This document shows, one piece after another, positions 38,998 through 48,746 of a stretch of DNA of 58,127 nucleotides. The notes beneath the pieces were generated by a model. That model made no database searches. It had not been told where the DNA came from and saw only the letters and a list, made by a program, of their open reading frames with translations. Numbering within the stretch: the first letter of the stretch is position 1; the number at the start of each line of letters is the position of its first letter. Both the position numbers and the translations under genes were made by a program. The stretch is from a virus (Duplodnaviria; Caudoviricetes), in the IMG/VR virus record IMGVR_UViG_3300025676_000021, positions 1 to 58,127 of that record; one strand, 5' to 3'.

Positions 38998-39026
38998 TTG
39001 CAAAGATCAAATGAATAATTTAAGAA
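38998..39026 (+). promoter_or_regulatory. Putative sigma70 promoter of replication operon
   Basis: TTGCAA-17 nt-TAAGAA in the divergent intergenic gap. Confidence 0.4.
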
Positions 39027-39044
39027 CCCCAACAGGAGGAAAAT

Positions 39045-39593
39045 ATGGAAAAACTAGATATTGAAAAGATGTCTAATATAGATCTTAGCCAAGACAGTGT
39101 TAAGTCTATCTCAGATAAATGTAACCAATTAAATACATTAAAAAAACAAATAGAAAAAGATGAAGAAAATCTTTCTGTTATAAAAAATAAAGCTAGAGAT
39201 ATGGAAGAGAGAATAATTCCAGAGATGATGCAGGAAGCAGGTGTATCTTTGTTGAAATTAAGCGATGGTTCTACTGTAGAAGTAAAACCGTTCTATGCAG
39301 CAAAAATTCCTGAATCACGCGTTGAGGAAGCCTTCAGTTGGTTAAGAGGTAAGGGGTTCGAAGATATTATTAAGAACACTGTAACCGCTTCATTCAACAG
39401 AGGACAAGACAACCAAGTCTCTGAATTAATAAAAGTCTGTGAAGATCACGGATTCAACTACAATAAAAAAGAAAAAGTTGAACCTATGACACTTAAGGCT
39501 TTTGTTAAAGAGCAAGTCGAAGGCGGTAAAGAACTTCCTTTTGATTTGTTCGGTGTATACATCGCAAATAAAACGAAAATAACTAACAAATAA
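39045..39593 (+). CDS. Conserved replication-module protein
   Basis: IPEMM, AFSWLR..G..DIIKN, VEPMTLKAFVKE; AGGAGG RBS. Confidence 0.6.
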   Translation: MEKLDIEKMSNIDLSQDSVKSISDKCNQLNTLKKQIEKDEENLSVIKNKARDMEERIIPEMMQEAGVSLLKLSDGSTVEVKPFYAAKIPESRVEEAFSWLRGKGFEDIIKNTVTASFNRGQDNQVSELIKVCEDHGFNYNKKEKVEPMTLKAFVKEQVEGGKELPFDLFGVYIANKTKITNK

Positions 39594-39604
39594 TAGGTAA
39601 TAAT

Positions 39605-40396
39605 ATGAAACTAAAAGAAGAACAATCGAATGAAGTTTCGATTAAAAAAGAAGCCGGTGCAGTTGCTAACATTGATTTAGAGCAATTTGCCGATGAAGGA
39701 TTTGATAACGTAGACTCAAATAGTTTAGCGTTACCCTTTCTTAAAGTGTTAGGTCAACTATCCCCTCAAGTTACTCAAGGCGATAGTCAATTCAATCCAG
39801 ATGCTAGGCCTGGAATGATTTTTAACACTGTTACTAATGAGTTATATAATGGCGCAGAAGGTATGGATGTTATACCTTGTTTTTATAAACTTGAGTACAT
39901 TGAATGGAAAGACAGAGATAAAGGTGCTGTTGCTCCAGTAAATGTTTATCCAGCTGATTCAGATATTCTGTCAAAAACGACAAGAGATGAAAAAGGCAAG
40001 GATAGGCTTGAGAACGGTAACTATGTAGAAGAAACTGCTTCACACTACGTAACGGTGGTGGAGCCCGATAAATCATCTACAGCCTTAATAACTATGAAAT
40101 CTACTCAGAGAAAAAAATCTAAGAAGTGGAATTCAATGATGATGTCCTTAAGGCAAAAGAAAAAAGATGGTAAAGGTTTCTTTAGACCTGCACCATTTAC
40201 TCAACAATACAAACTTAAGACCGTTCTAGAAAAGAATAACTTAGGTTCTTGGTATGGTTGGGAGATTGAGCATACAGGACAAGTGGGGAGCGAAGAAACA
40301 ATAAAATCAGCCTATGACTTTTATGAGTCATGCAAAAAAGGTGCTATAAGAGCAACTCACAAAAAAGAAGATCAAGCAGAAAAAAATCCATTCTAG
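39605..40396 (+). CDS. Putative ssDNA-binding/annealing protein
   Basis: LPFLKVL..LSPQ, YIEW, MKSTQ.KKSKKWN; C-terminal ...NPF; position before primase. Confidence 0.5.
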   Translation: MKLKEEQSNEVSIKKEAGAVANIDLEQFADEGFDNVDSNSLALPFLKVLGQLSPQVTQGDSQFNPDARPGMIFNTVTNELYNGAEGMDVIPCFYKLEYIEWKDRDKGAVAPVNVYPADSDILSKTTRDEKGKDRLENGNYVEETASHYVTVVEPDKSSTALITMKSTQRKKSKKWNSMMMSLRQKKKDGKGFFRPAPFTQQYKLKTVLEKNNLGSWYGWEIEHTGQVGSEETIKSAYDFYESCKKGAIRATHKKEDQAEKNPF

Positions 40397-40397
40397 T

Positions 40398-41972
40398 ATG
40401 GAGATACTTGACAACACCCTGGAGGAGTTTATAGAACTCTTCCAGGGGTCTTCTACATATTTTGGTGCTTCTAAACCATTAGGACAAACAAGGGGTCGTG
40501 ATGGAAAGCAAGAATTCAAACATTGGGTCGAACCAAAACCAATAACCAGAGAAAACTGGTTGCAACATTTGAAAGGCGAAGCGTACTATGGATCAGTTCC
40601 CATTAGAGATGATAATACATGCAGTTGGGGGGTCATTGATGTTGATCGTTATAATATACAGCATAAGGAAGTTATATCGGTTATACGGAAAAGGAAATAC
40701 CCACTCATCCCATTTAGATCAAAATCCAACGGACTCCATTTAATTTTATTTATTGATGGTGTAGTTCCTGCATCCTCGATGCGTAAGAAATTAATTGAAC
40801 TTGCATCAGATCTTGGTGTTAATGATACAACGACAGATATTTATCCTGCACAGGATGAAGTAGATCTAACACCCGAAGATTGGAATAAAAAAAGAAAAGG
40901 TAACTTTGTTAATCTACCTTACCAAAAGGCTAAGATGACAACTAGAGTTGCTATGGATAATGATGGTAACTCTATAAAAATAGAGAACTTATATAAGTTT
41001 GTATCTGATTATAGATTAAACCCTAAAGAGTTTAAAAAACTAAAAATATTTCAAGACGATGAAACAAAAGATTACCCTCCTTGTGTAGTAAACTTTATGA
41101 AAAACAAAGTTCAAAAAGGTGAAGGTCGTAATGATGCAATGTTTAACGTTGCAGTGTTAGCAAAAAAAATAAATACAGATCCTGTTATGTATGAAGATTG
41201 GACAAGAAATTTAATGCCCAAAGTATGTTCTGAACCTTTGCACCCGCAGGAGTTAAACAATATTTTTAAAGGTGTTGAGAACAAAGAGTACGCTTATAAA
41301 TGTAAAACTTCAATTGCAAGAATGCATTGTTCATCAAGCACATGTTTAAGACGTAAGCACGGTATAGGATCAAACGAAGCTTTACCTGAGGTGGGTAAAC
41401 TTTTAAAAGTAAATTCTTATCCAGAACCTTATTGGATTTTACCTATTCAAGGTAAATCAATTAGATTGAGTACAAAACAATTATACCAACAGCAGTTGTT
41501 AGGGGAACAATTATTAAATTACGATATTGTTTGGAGAGCTTTAAAACCTAGTAAAAGAGATCCAGATCCATACAGAGATTGGTTAGATGAATTAATAACT
41601 AACAAGCAAGACATGGAAGGATTTGATGCAGGAGAAGAGCAACAAGATGTATTTAATTCTAGAATGACAAAATTTATCGAAGAAATAGAAGATACTACAG
41701 ACTTTGATCAAATAGATTCTGGGAATATATGGAAAGATGAAGTTGAAATGAGATTTAAGCTAGAGACGTTTAGGTCTTTTATGAAAAAAATGGGTTATAA
41801 TTGGAATGAAAAAGAATGCACCAGATTCTTAGAACAAGGTAAAGCACTTCCTAAAGCTAAGTTTAAAGGAATTCAAACTAGACATTGGGTTGTAGCTCTA
41901 CCAAAACAAATGGAACACAAAAATAAAGATGTCAAATTTACTAAAACAAAAGCTGCGTGGGAAGACAATTAA
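40398..41972 (+). CDS. AEP-type primase with PriCT-like domain
   Basis: WGVIDVD, RSKSNGLH, GNFVNLPY, PPC, GEGRNDAMF. Confidence 0.8.
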   Translation: MEILDNTLEEFIELFQGSSTYFGASKPLGQTRGRDGKQEFKHWVEPKPITRENWLQHLKGEAYYGSVPIRDDNTCSWGVIDVDRYNIQHKEVISVIRKRKYPLIPFRSKSNGLHLILFIDGVVPASSMRKKLIELASDLGVNDTTTDIYPAQDEVDLTPEDWNKKRKGNFVNLPYQKAKMTTRVAMDNDGNSIKIENLYKFVSDYRLNPKEFKKLKIFQDDETKDYPPCVVNFMKNKVQKGEGRNDAMFNVAVLAKKINTDPVMYEDWTRNLMPKVCSEPLHPQELNNIFKGVENKEYAYKCKTSIARMHCSSSTCLRRKHGIGSNEALPEVGKLLKVNSYPEPYWILPIQGKSIRLSTKQLYQQQLLGEQLLNYDIVWRALKPSKRDPDPYRDWLDELITNKQDMEGFDAGEEQQDVFNSRMTKFIEEIEDTTDFDQIDSGNIWKDEVEMRFKLETFRSFMKKMGYNWNEKECTRFLEQGKALPKAKFKGIQTRHWVVALPKQMEHKNKDVKFTKTKAAWEDN

Positions 41973-43542
41973 AATATTTGGCCCACCTGGTACAGGTAAA
42001 ACAGAAAACTTACTCAAAAGAGTTAAGAGGTATCTTGAAAAAGGTTACTCTCCAGACGAAATTTGTTACGTATCATTTACTAACAAAGCTGTAGATGAAT
42101 GTGTTGCAAGGGTTAGACAAAAGTTTAAAGGTTATGATGAAGATGCTTTCTCATATTTTAGAACACTACATTCTTTGGCCAGACAACAGTTTGCTGAAAT
42201 TCCCGTATTAGACCCAAAGGCAGACCTGCTGATGTTTCATACACAATATGGCACTGTCAAGGTAGGTTACAAAGACACTTGGGATGATCAAAAAGTATAT
42301 AATAATTGGTCGCTTCAAATATATGACAGGGCAAGAAACATGAAGGTAGACCCTGTGTGGTTGTACAAACAACAACCAAGAAAAGTGGTAAGACTTCAAC
42401 AGTTTAAATCAATCATCGCAGGTTACGAAGAATTTAAAACATTGGAAATGGAGAACGGACACCGGACACCGGATAGATTAGATTTTACAGATATGGTGCA
42501 GAAGTTTATTGATGATGGTCTTGTGGTACCTTTTAAAGTTTTAATGGTAGATGAAGCTCAGGATTTAACACCTTTACAATGGGACATGGTGGTTAAAATG
42601 GCTGAAGTAGTAGAGAGAGTTTATATTGCAGGTGACGATGACCAAGCTATTTATGAATGGAATGGCGCTGATGTTAATTTGTTTCAAACCTTTCCAGGTA
42701 AATCATTAGTATTAAAAAGAAGTGTAAGATTAAATAAAGACATACATTTTTTTTCTAAGGGTTTATTAAATTCTATGGGTAATAATCGTATACCTAAAGA
42801 GTTTTATTCTAATGGTAAAGAGGGCTGTATTTACAGATGGAATGGATTGAAGAAAGTTCCTTGGACTATGGAAGGAAGTTGGATGGTATTGGCTAGGATT
42901 AATGATGTAAAAAGAGAACTCCAACAGGAGGCAAGGAACCTTGGTTTATATTATCAGGACCAAAAAAATAATAAATCATTTGACCCTAATCAGTTTTCTG
43001 CAATTAATTATTGGGAGAAAATTTGTGAGGGTGGTAGCATCACTAGAGAAGAAGCTGTAACAATGTATGAGTATTTATTAAACATAGATCACGGATACCG
43101 GTCAGCGGAAAGTAAAAAATGGAGTTTTGCACATCCAAATCAAGTCTTTACATTTGATGAATTACATTTAAGGTGTGGTATGAGAGATCAAAAAGGTCTA
43201 TGGAATCAAGTATTTAAGAGAAAATTTAAAGATAAAGATAAACAATATTTTAAAAAACTTATGAACGAAGGTGTTGATCTATCACAACCACCGAAAATAA
43301 TTATAGATACAATACACCAGGTTAAAGGTGGTGAAGCAGATAATGTTGTCCTGGCGAGCAAATGTAACTTTCCATCACACTTTGATAAAAAAAATTTAGC
43401 AGATAAAGTAAAAGAACTTAGAGTTTGGTATACAGGTGCCACCAGATCTAAAAGCACACTCCATCTGTTGGGCACTTACCATCAATATAATTTTCCATTA
43501 GGAAAATATTATAAACAATATGAGGCTAACTATGTCAGATAA
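41929..43542 (+). CDS. UvrD/Rep-family (SF1) helicase
   Basis: GPPGTGKT, SFTNKA, TLHS, VDEAQD, GDDDQAIY, TIHQVKGGE, YTGATR. Confidence 0.92.
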   Translation: MSNLLKQKLRGKTIKIFGPPGTGKTENLLKRVKRYLEKGYSPDEICYVSFTNKAVDECVARVRQKFKGYDEDAFSYFRTLHSLARQQFAEIPVLDPKADLLMFHTQYGTVKVGYKDTWDDQKVYNNWSLQIYDRARNMKVDPVWLYKQQPRKVVRLQQFKSIIAGYEEFKTLEMENGHRTPDRLDFTDMVQKFIDDGLVVPFKVLMVDEAQDLTPLQWDMVVKMAEVVERVYIAGDDDQAIYEWNGADVNLFQTFPGKSLVLKRSVRLNKDIHFFSKGLLNSMGNNRIPKEFYSNGKEGCIYRWNGLKKVPWTMEGSWMVLARINDVKRELQQEARNLGLYYQDQKNNKSFDPNQFSAINYWEKICEGGSITREEAVTMYEYLLNIDHGYRSAESKKWSFAHPNQVFTFDELHLRCGMRDQKGLWNQVFKRKFKDKDKQYFKKLMNEGVDLSQPPKIIIDTIHQVKGGEADNVVLASKCNFPSHFDKKNLADKVKELRVWYTGATRSKSTLHLLGTYHQYNFPLGKYYKQYEANYVR

Positions 43543-43780
43543 AAATATGTTCGATGAAGCATTCCCACAAGACAAACAAGTCGGAGGAAATCATTATCAA
43601 CATTATTTAATACAACCCTATGAATTTATTTCTAAAAACGAACTTACTTTTTTTCAAGGTAATGTTATAAAATATGTTTTGAGATACCCTTATAAAAATG
43701 GTATTGAAGATTTACAAAAAATTAAACATTATTGTGATTTAGAAATTAAAAAAATGCAGGATGACAAAAAGAAAAAATAA
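43532..43780 (+). CDS. DUF3310 (SaV-like / T7 gp1.7-like) protein
   Basis: QVGGNHY, FFQGNVIKYVLRY, KNGIEDLQK. Confidence 0.8.
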   Translation: MSDKNMFDEAFPQDKQVGGNHYQHYLIQPYEFISKNELTFFQGNVIKYVLRYPYKNGIEDLQKIKHYCDLEIKKMQDDKKKK

Positions 43781-43934
43781 ATTAGTTATGTGTGAGCGTT
43801 GTGATGAAGTAGTTGCAGTAATTGTTCACAAATATAATTATTACTGTGCGGAATGCGCTTTATTTTCACTTAACATACCGTATAAAAAAGCAATATCCAT
43901 TGAAGACGCAAATTTAAGTAGAAAGAAACAATGA
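43761..43934 (+). CDS. Small zinc-finger protein (not in ORF track)
   Basis: MTKRKNKLVMCERCDE...YYCAECALF...; two CxxC pairs; ATGA-coupled to the polymerase. Confidence 0.65.
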   Translation: MTKRKNKLVMCERCDEVVAVIVHKYNYYCAECALFSLNIPYKKAISIEDANLSRKKQ

Positions 43935-45799
43935 CTCATCAATTAAATTTTATTTACAATGATAGTGATTGGGTTTGTCCTGCAGAGTATCCCGATTTAT
44001 CAAAAGCAACGGAGATTGCAATTGACTTAGAAACTAAAGATCCAAACATAAAAACTAAAGGACCAGGATGGGCTACCTTTGATGGACATATTGTAGGTTT
44101 TGCAGTAGCTGCGCTTGGTCAACAATGGTACTTTCCAATTGCTCATGATGCTGGTGGGAATATGGATCTGTCAATTACCTGCGCATGGATGCAAGATGTT
44201 TTAAAGTTACCCGCAACTAAAATATTTCATAATGCAAGTTACGATGTTGGTTGGTTATTAGTAAATGGCTTTGAGATCAGAGGTAAAATAGTTGATACTA
44301 TGATTGCCGCTGCAATCATCAATGAAAACAGATTTAGTTTTAGTTTGAATGCCTGTGCTAAAGATTATTTAGGTGAAATCAAAAATGAGACGTTTTTGAA
44401 TGAAAAAGCCAAAGAATGGGGAATTAACCCAAAAGCTGACATGTGGAAGCTACCTGCGGGCTACGTAGGCTTCTATGCGGAACAAGATGCAGGGCTAACC
44501 TTACGTTTATGGGACCGGCTTAAAACAGAGATAGCTAGGCAGTCCTTACACGATGTCTGGGAAATGGAAATGGAATTGTTGCCTATTTTGATAGATACTA
44601 GACGTAGAGGAATAAGAGTTGACGAGGAGAAGGCATCTCTGCTAAAAAAAGAATTCAAAAAAAAAGAGTCTGAGGTTTTATCAAGTATAAAATCTCAGAC
44701 CACACTTGATGTAGATATCTGGGCTGCTCGATCTGTTGCAAAAGTTTTTGATCGAATAGGTGTTGAGTACCCACGAACAGCGAAGACTGATGAGCCTAGC
44801 TTTACCCAAAACTGGTTAGTGAACTGTGATAACCCGATAGCGCAACTAATAAGAGAAGCAAGAGAAATAAATAAATTCCATTCAACATTTATAGACTCCA
44901 TTCAACGTTATGTTCACAAAGGTAGAATTCATTCTGAAATAAATCAGTTGAGATCTGACCAAGGTGGAACTGTATCTGGACGTTTATCATATTCAAATCC
45001 AAACTTACAACAAATTCCTGCTAGGAACAAAGAGTTTGGTGACAAAATTAGAAGTTTGTTTCTACCTGAAGAAGGTAGACAATGGGGTAGTTTCGATTAC
45101 TCACAACAGGAGCCTAGGCTTGTTGCTCACTACGCTGCATCTGTCAATGACCATTTTGAAGGTGCAGCGGAGTTTATTGAAGCTTACAAAAATGAATCTG
45201 CTGACTTCCACCAGATCGTAGCTGATATGGCTGGTATCACTAGAACACAGGCTAAAACAATTAATTTAGGTTTATTCTATGGTATGGGAAAGGCTAAACT
45301 AGGTAAAGAATTAGGTATCAATAAAGATAGAGCTGAAGCTCTTTTAAGACAATATGGAGAAAGAGTTCCTTTTGTTAAGAGATTAGCAACAGAAGTAACT
45401 AACAGTGCCTCAAAATATGGCTTTATAAGGACCATAGGAGGACGTAGATGCAGATTTGATATGTGGGAGCCTGCTACCTTCGGAATGAATAAGGCCATGC
45501 AATATGAAGAGGCTAAGGCGATATATGGAAATAACATCAGGAGGGCTTTTACTTACAAAGCATTGAATAGATTAATTCAAGGATCTGCTGCTGATCAAAC
45601 TAAACAAGCCATGATTGATTGTTATAAGGCAGGATTCAAACCTTTACTTCAAATTCATGATGAATTATGCTTTTCTATAAACGAAGAAAAAGATATTAAA
45701 AACGTTAAGGAGATAATGGAAAATGCAATCGAAAGTCTTAAAGTTCCTTCCAAGGTTGATATCGCACTTGGACGATCCTGGGGAGATGCCAAGGAATAA
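43931..45799 (+). CDS. polA: DNA polymerase family A with 3'-5' exonuclease
   Basis: DLET, HNASYD, YAEQD exonuclease motifs; GRLS..NPNLQQIP, DYSQQEPR, RTQAKTINLGLFYG, IQGSAAD, QIHDEL. Confidence 0.96.
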   Translation: MTHQLNFIYNDSDWVCPAEYPDLSKATEIAIDLETKDPNIKTKGPGWATFDGHIVGFAVAALGQQWYFPIAHDAGGNMDLSITCAWMQDVLKLPATKIFHNASYDVGWLLVNGFEIRGKIVDTMIAAAIINENRFSFSLNACAKDYLGEIKNETFLNEKAKEWGINPKADMWKLPAGYVGFYAEQDAGLTLRLWDRLKTEIARQSLHDVWEMEMELLPILIDTRRRGIRVDEEKASLLKKEFKKKESEVLSSIKSQTTLDVDIWAARSVAKVFDRIGVEYPRTAKTDEPSFTQNWLVNCDNPIAQLIREAREINKFHSTFIDSIQRYVHKGRIHSEINQLRSDQGGTVSGRLSYSNPNLQQIPARNKEFGDKIRSLFLPEEGRQWGSFDYSQQEPRLVAHYAASVNDHFEGAAEFIEAYKNESADFHQIVADMAGITRTQAKTINLGLFYGMGKAKLGKELGINKDRAEALLRQYGERVPFVKRLATEVTNSASKYGFIRTIGGRRCRFDMWEPATFGMNKAMQYEEAKAIYGNNIRRAFTYKALNRLIQGSAADQTKQAMIDCYKAGFKPLLQIHDELCFSINEEKDIKNVKEIMENAIESLKVPSKVDIALGRSWGDAKE

Positions 45800-45929
45800 T
45801 TTGCCCTGCAAAGAGTGCAACGGTTTAAAAGTTATTCTTGAGATTGAGGGTCTTGAGGTCGTTCAGAAGACTCCTTGTCCTGTTTGCTCTCCTCCTCCTT
45901 CTTTTTTTCGATTTCACGGATTTTTTTAA
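45786..45929 (+). CDS. Possible small zinc-finger protein
   Basis: MPRNNLPCKECNG...PCPVC; overlaps polA stop; mostly antisense to 45832..45960. Confidence 0.4.
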   Translation: MPRNNLPCKECNGLKVILEIEGLEVVQKTPCPVCSPPPSFFRFHGFF

Positions 45930-45960
45930 GTTCTTTATAATAGTTTGGGTGATACCACAT
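45832..45960 (-). CDS. Small charged protein (42 aa, not in ORF track)
   Basis: MWYHPNYYKELKKIREIEKKKEEESKQDKESSERPQDPQSQE with AAGGAG RBS at canonical spacing. Confidence 0.6.
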   Translation of the reverse strand: MWYHPNYYKELKKIREIEKKKEEESKQDKESSERPQDPQSQE

Positions 45961-46087
45961 TTTGCTCTCCTTATTTTTTTTATATCTATTATACCATACC
46001 TGTTTTTTGTTAATTTTTTTTTATTGAATACTAGAGCACCCACAGTAACAGGGGTTCTATTCTAGATGCGACAACGAATGCTTTTTG

Positions 46088-46573
46088 TTAAATTTCAACT
46101 GAACTGTTAAATGAAATTATTATCTTATCTTTTTCGTAAATATTTTTTTTAGATTCATGTTTATAAAATCCTGGAAAAGTAATTAAATGACCTTCACCTG
46201 AAGTAAATTTTTGATTCTCAATACTTGTCGTAGAGTCTGGTCCTGGTAATTGTAAATAAAAAACATTTGTAAAATTAGTTTTTGCATGAGTGTGTAATTG
46301 ATGAAAATTATTTTTTTTATAAATTTGATACCAACTGTGATCACATTGAAATTGTGTGGCTTTGTAATATTCTAAAAACCATTTAGAAAATTCTTTTAAA
46401 ACTTGTTCTTTAAATAATTCAAACCATTCACCTTTGGCTTTAGAAAAATAGTCTGTCTTATAAATATTTTCGAAAGGTTTGCCGAGGTCGTCATTATAAA
46501 TTAACCCAATAAGTTCTTTATTAAATTTTTTAAAATTTTTAATATTATATGAAGTAATATAATTTTGAGACAT
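46088..46573 (-). CDS. Putative 2OG-Fe(II) oxygenase (HxH type)
   Basis: WYQIY..NFHQLHTH..FTNVFYL, ITFPGFYKHES, KIIISFN. Confidence 0.75.
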   Translation of the reverse strand: MSQNYITSYNIKNFKKFNKELIGLIYNDDLGKPFENIYKTDYFSKAKGEWFELFKEQVLKEFSKWFLEYYKATQFQCDHSWYQIYKKNNFHQLHTHAKTNFTNVFYLQLPGPDSTTSIENQKFTSGEGHLITFPGFYKHESKKNIYEKDKIIISFNSSVEI

Positions 46574-46618
46574 GGGTAGCCTACAGATTTATATGAAAAA
46601 TAAAAAAATACTAGTTTT

Positions 46619-46807
46619 TTAACTAGCTATATCTAGAAGACCTAATCTTGCGTCTTCAACACTTTGATCATTAATCTTTTTTTTAAGATCTTTGATCTTT
46701 ATATCAATCCACTTCATGTCAGTTGTAACTCTACCCTGTTCCAACGCTTGCGTTGCCCACTTGGACTCCAACTGAAGTTTCTCCGATATTAACTTTTGTA
46801 GGGCCAT
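46619..46807 (-). CDS. Hypothetical protein
   Basis: 62 aa helical ORF in the short leftward operon. Confidence 0.6.
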   Translation of the reverse strand: MALQKLISEKLQLESKWATQALEQGRVTTDMKWIDIKIKDLKKKINDQSVEDARLGLLDIAS

Positions 46808-46997
46808 CTCGGTTTACCTCTTCGAAGGTTAAGAAGAAAATATCAGGATTTTCAAATCCTGCACCTTCATTCTCTTTTACTTCTCCTGAATCAACCTTCT
46901 TTACAAAACATTCAAGAGCGGTCTTATCATTATCAGCGCTAACGATCTCATCGACATACACATTTTTGTATTTTACTTGGATGCGATAGTGCTTCAT
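46731..46997 (-). CDS. Hypothetical protein
   Basis: 88 aa; overlaps the downstream leftward gene. Confidence 0.6.
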   Translation of the reverse strand: MKHYRIQVKYKNVYVDEIVSADNDKTALECFVKKVDSGEVKENEGAGFENPDIFFLTFEEVNRDGPTKVNIGETSVGVQVGNASVGTG

Positions 46998-47041
46998 AAG
47001 GTATTATATAGCAAAATGTGATGTTATTGCAATAGTGTGGT

Positions 47042-47254
47042 TTATGTTGAACTAACTTGCTTGCATTCAAATTTAATGGCTAGTTTTTTGATTTCCGCTA
47101 TGTCTTTATTGACTTTTTTGAAGGTTTCACCGGCTATTTGATATCCTGCAGTAGCACAATCAACCCAGCTATTATAAATTTGTTTAGGATACATCATATT
47201 TGGACAGGTTTGTGTAACTATACTACATAGATGTAAAATTAATAAATACTTCAT
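47042..47254 (-). CDS. Small Cys-containing hypothetical protein
   Basis: MKYLLILHLCS..C..W.DC..GY...KFEC. Confidence 0.6.
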   Translation of the reverse strand: MKYLLILHLCSIVTQTCPNMMYPKQIYNSWVDCATAGYQIAGETFKKVNKDIAEIKKLAIKFECKQVSST

Positions 47255-47284
47255 TATCCTATATTATCCTACCTTATTATTTAC

Positions 47285-47312
47285 TTGCATATCCCATTAA
47301 AATCTTTATATA
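47285..47312 (+). promoter_or_regulatory. Sigma70-like promoter with ATCCCAT box
   Basis: TTGCAT-ATCCCATTAAAATCTT-TATATA; upstream TATCCTA repeats at 47255 and 47265. Confidence 0.55.
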
Positions 47313-47346
47313 TAAACTATTACAATACTAACAAAGAGGATATCAA

Positions 47347-47601
47347 ATGGCAACACAAGAGAACCAACCATTAGTTTTAAGAAACGAGTGGGAAGTAAAA
47401 GAAAAAGATAAGTTTACATCAAGTGCACAAAACTTGACTGTAACTTTTAACAAAGCAACAGACGAGATTACTTTATTAGTGAACAACGAAGTTTACAAAA
47501 AACTTAAAGTAAAAGATGCACTTAACGGCAGTATAAAGTTTCATGATGCTGTTGGTACTATAATTCAAAAATTTACAATGTGGGGTTTTGATGCCAAATA
47601 A
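47347..47601 (+). CDS. Hypothetical protein
   Basis: AACAAAGAGGA RBS; 84 aa. Confidence 0.65.
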   Translation: MATQENQPLVLRNEWEVKEKDKFTSSAQNLTVTFNKATDEITLLVNNEVYKKLKVKDALNGSIKFHDAVGTIIQKFTMWGFDAK

Positions 47602-47848
47602 ATCAGACTCACAAGTATTCAAGGATTGGAGTACAAAAGTAGATGATATTTTATCACGGCTACCGAAAACTGATATCAGTGGTGAGCCGTTAGAGTATCA
47701 AGACGATGCTTACCAAGAAGTTATGAGGATGTTACAGCAGTGTTCAATGAACTTTGAAGACATGCCAATTTATCCAATTAACGAAACTATTGCTAGTAAA
47801 CTTATACAAGATCAACAGATGGGGGCCAATGAAAGACCTGATATTTAG
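47591..47848 (+). CDS. Hypothetical protein
   Basis: Acidic 85 aa; overlaps previous gene end. Confidence 0.6.
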   Translation: MPNKSDSQVFKDWSTKVDDILSRLPKTDISGEPLEYQDDAYQEVMRMLQQCSMNFEDMPIYPINETIASKLIQDQQMGANERPDI

Positions 47849-47936
47849 TATGATGTTTATTGCATTACTAACCATTATCCCTGCAAAAGTATTATTATTT
47901 ATTTTTGCATCACTGGGATATTTAATGTTCTATTAA
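47829..47936 (+). CDS. Hydrophobic microprotein
   Basis: MKDLIFSMMFIALLTIIPAKVLLFIFASLGYLMFY. Confidence 0.5.
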   Translation: MKDLIFSMMFIALLTIIPAKVLLFIFASLGYLMFY

Positions 47937-47949
47937 CCAAGGAGGAAAA

Positions 47950-48738
47950 ATGAACAAAGCGATACATAATAAATTTTTTGAAACTACTGATTACAGTAAA
48001 TTCAAAAAGACTAGAGGTAACCGACCTGTAGATGAAGCACACGTGCAACAACTTAAAAAGTTGATTGAAGAAAAAGATTTATACGATCCAATTCGTGTAA
48101 ATAAAAATATGGAAGTCATTGATGGCCAACATACATTAGAAGCTAGAAAACAATTAGATCTTAAGATTCCATTTATTATTATGGACTCTGATGATCCATT
48201 GGATGTGGCTAGACTAAACACAGGTCGTAAGAACTGGTCTATGGAAAATTATTTAGATCAACACTGTGCAAGAAATAAAATGGACTACCGTATTTGTAGA
48301 AACAAAATGCAACAATACGGAATTAATGTTGCAGAGATGGTGGTGCTTTTGTTAAAGCAAACTTCCTTGTGGACAAGAATCAGTAATGATTTTAAAACAG
48401 GACGATTTGTAATTCCTGCAGGAGGTATTGAACATACTGATCGTATTGGATCACAATTAATGCAACTTAAAAAATATTTCTATGGTATGGAATCCACAAA
48501 GAATAAAAGATTCAAACGTTCCATGGTGGTGTCTTATATTGTTGCTGACAAACATCCTAAATTTGATCCTAAAAGATTTAAAACTGCTTGTAAGAGTAAA
48601 TCTTCATGGTTTTTAACGGGTACGTCTACTGCTGATTATATTGCGATTATTGAACGTATCTATAACGCAGGGTTGGTACATAGAAATAAAATAAATTTAG
48701 TTGAGTTTTATAAAACTAAAGAGTATCAAGAGAAATAG
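47950..48738 (+). CDS. ParB/Srx N-terminal domain protein
   Basis: GNRPVD..HV..L, PIRVN...VIDGQH.LEA, LNT..KNW; AGGAGG RBS. Confidence 0.8.
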   Translation: MNKAIHNKFFETTDYSKFKKTRGNRPVDEAHVQQLKKLIEEKDLYDPIRVNKNMEVIDGQHTLEARKQLDLKIPFIIMDSDDPLDVARLNTGRKNWSMENYLDQHCARNKMDYRICRNKMQQYGINVAEMVVLLLKQTSLWTRISNDFKTGRFVIPAGGIEHTDRIGSQLMQLKKYFYGMESTKNKRFKRSMVVSYIVADKHPKFDPKRFKTACKSKSSWFLTGTSTADYIAIIERIYNAGLVHRNKINLVEFYKTKEYQEK

Positions 48739-48746
48739 GAGAAATA

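Noticed and set aside
515-45537. Numerous minus-strand and alternate-frame ORFs inside long genes (e.g. 515..766, 9934..10179, 13072..13377, 18142..18501, 44473..44658)
   Set aside because: Shadows of well-supported genes; no RBS or motifs, and composition mirrors the antisense codons.
45825-46065. Track ORFs 45825..46043 (-) and 45838..46065 (+)
   Set aside because: Low-complexity frames without RBS; the -strand frame 45832..45960 has the RBS and better composition.
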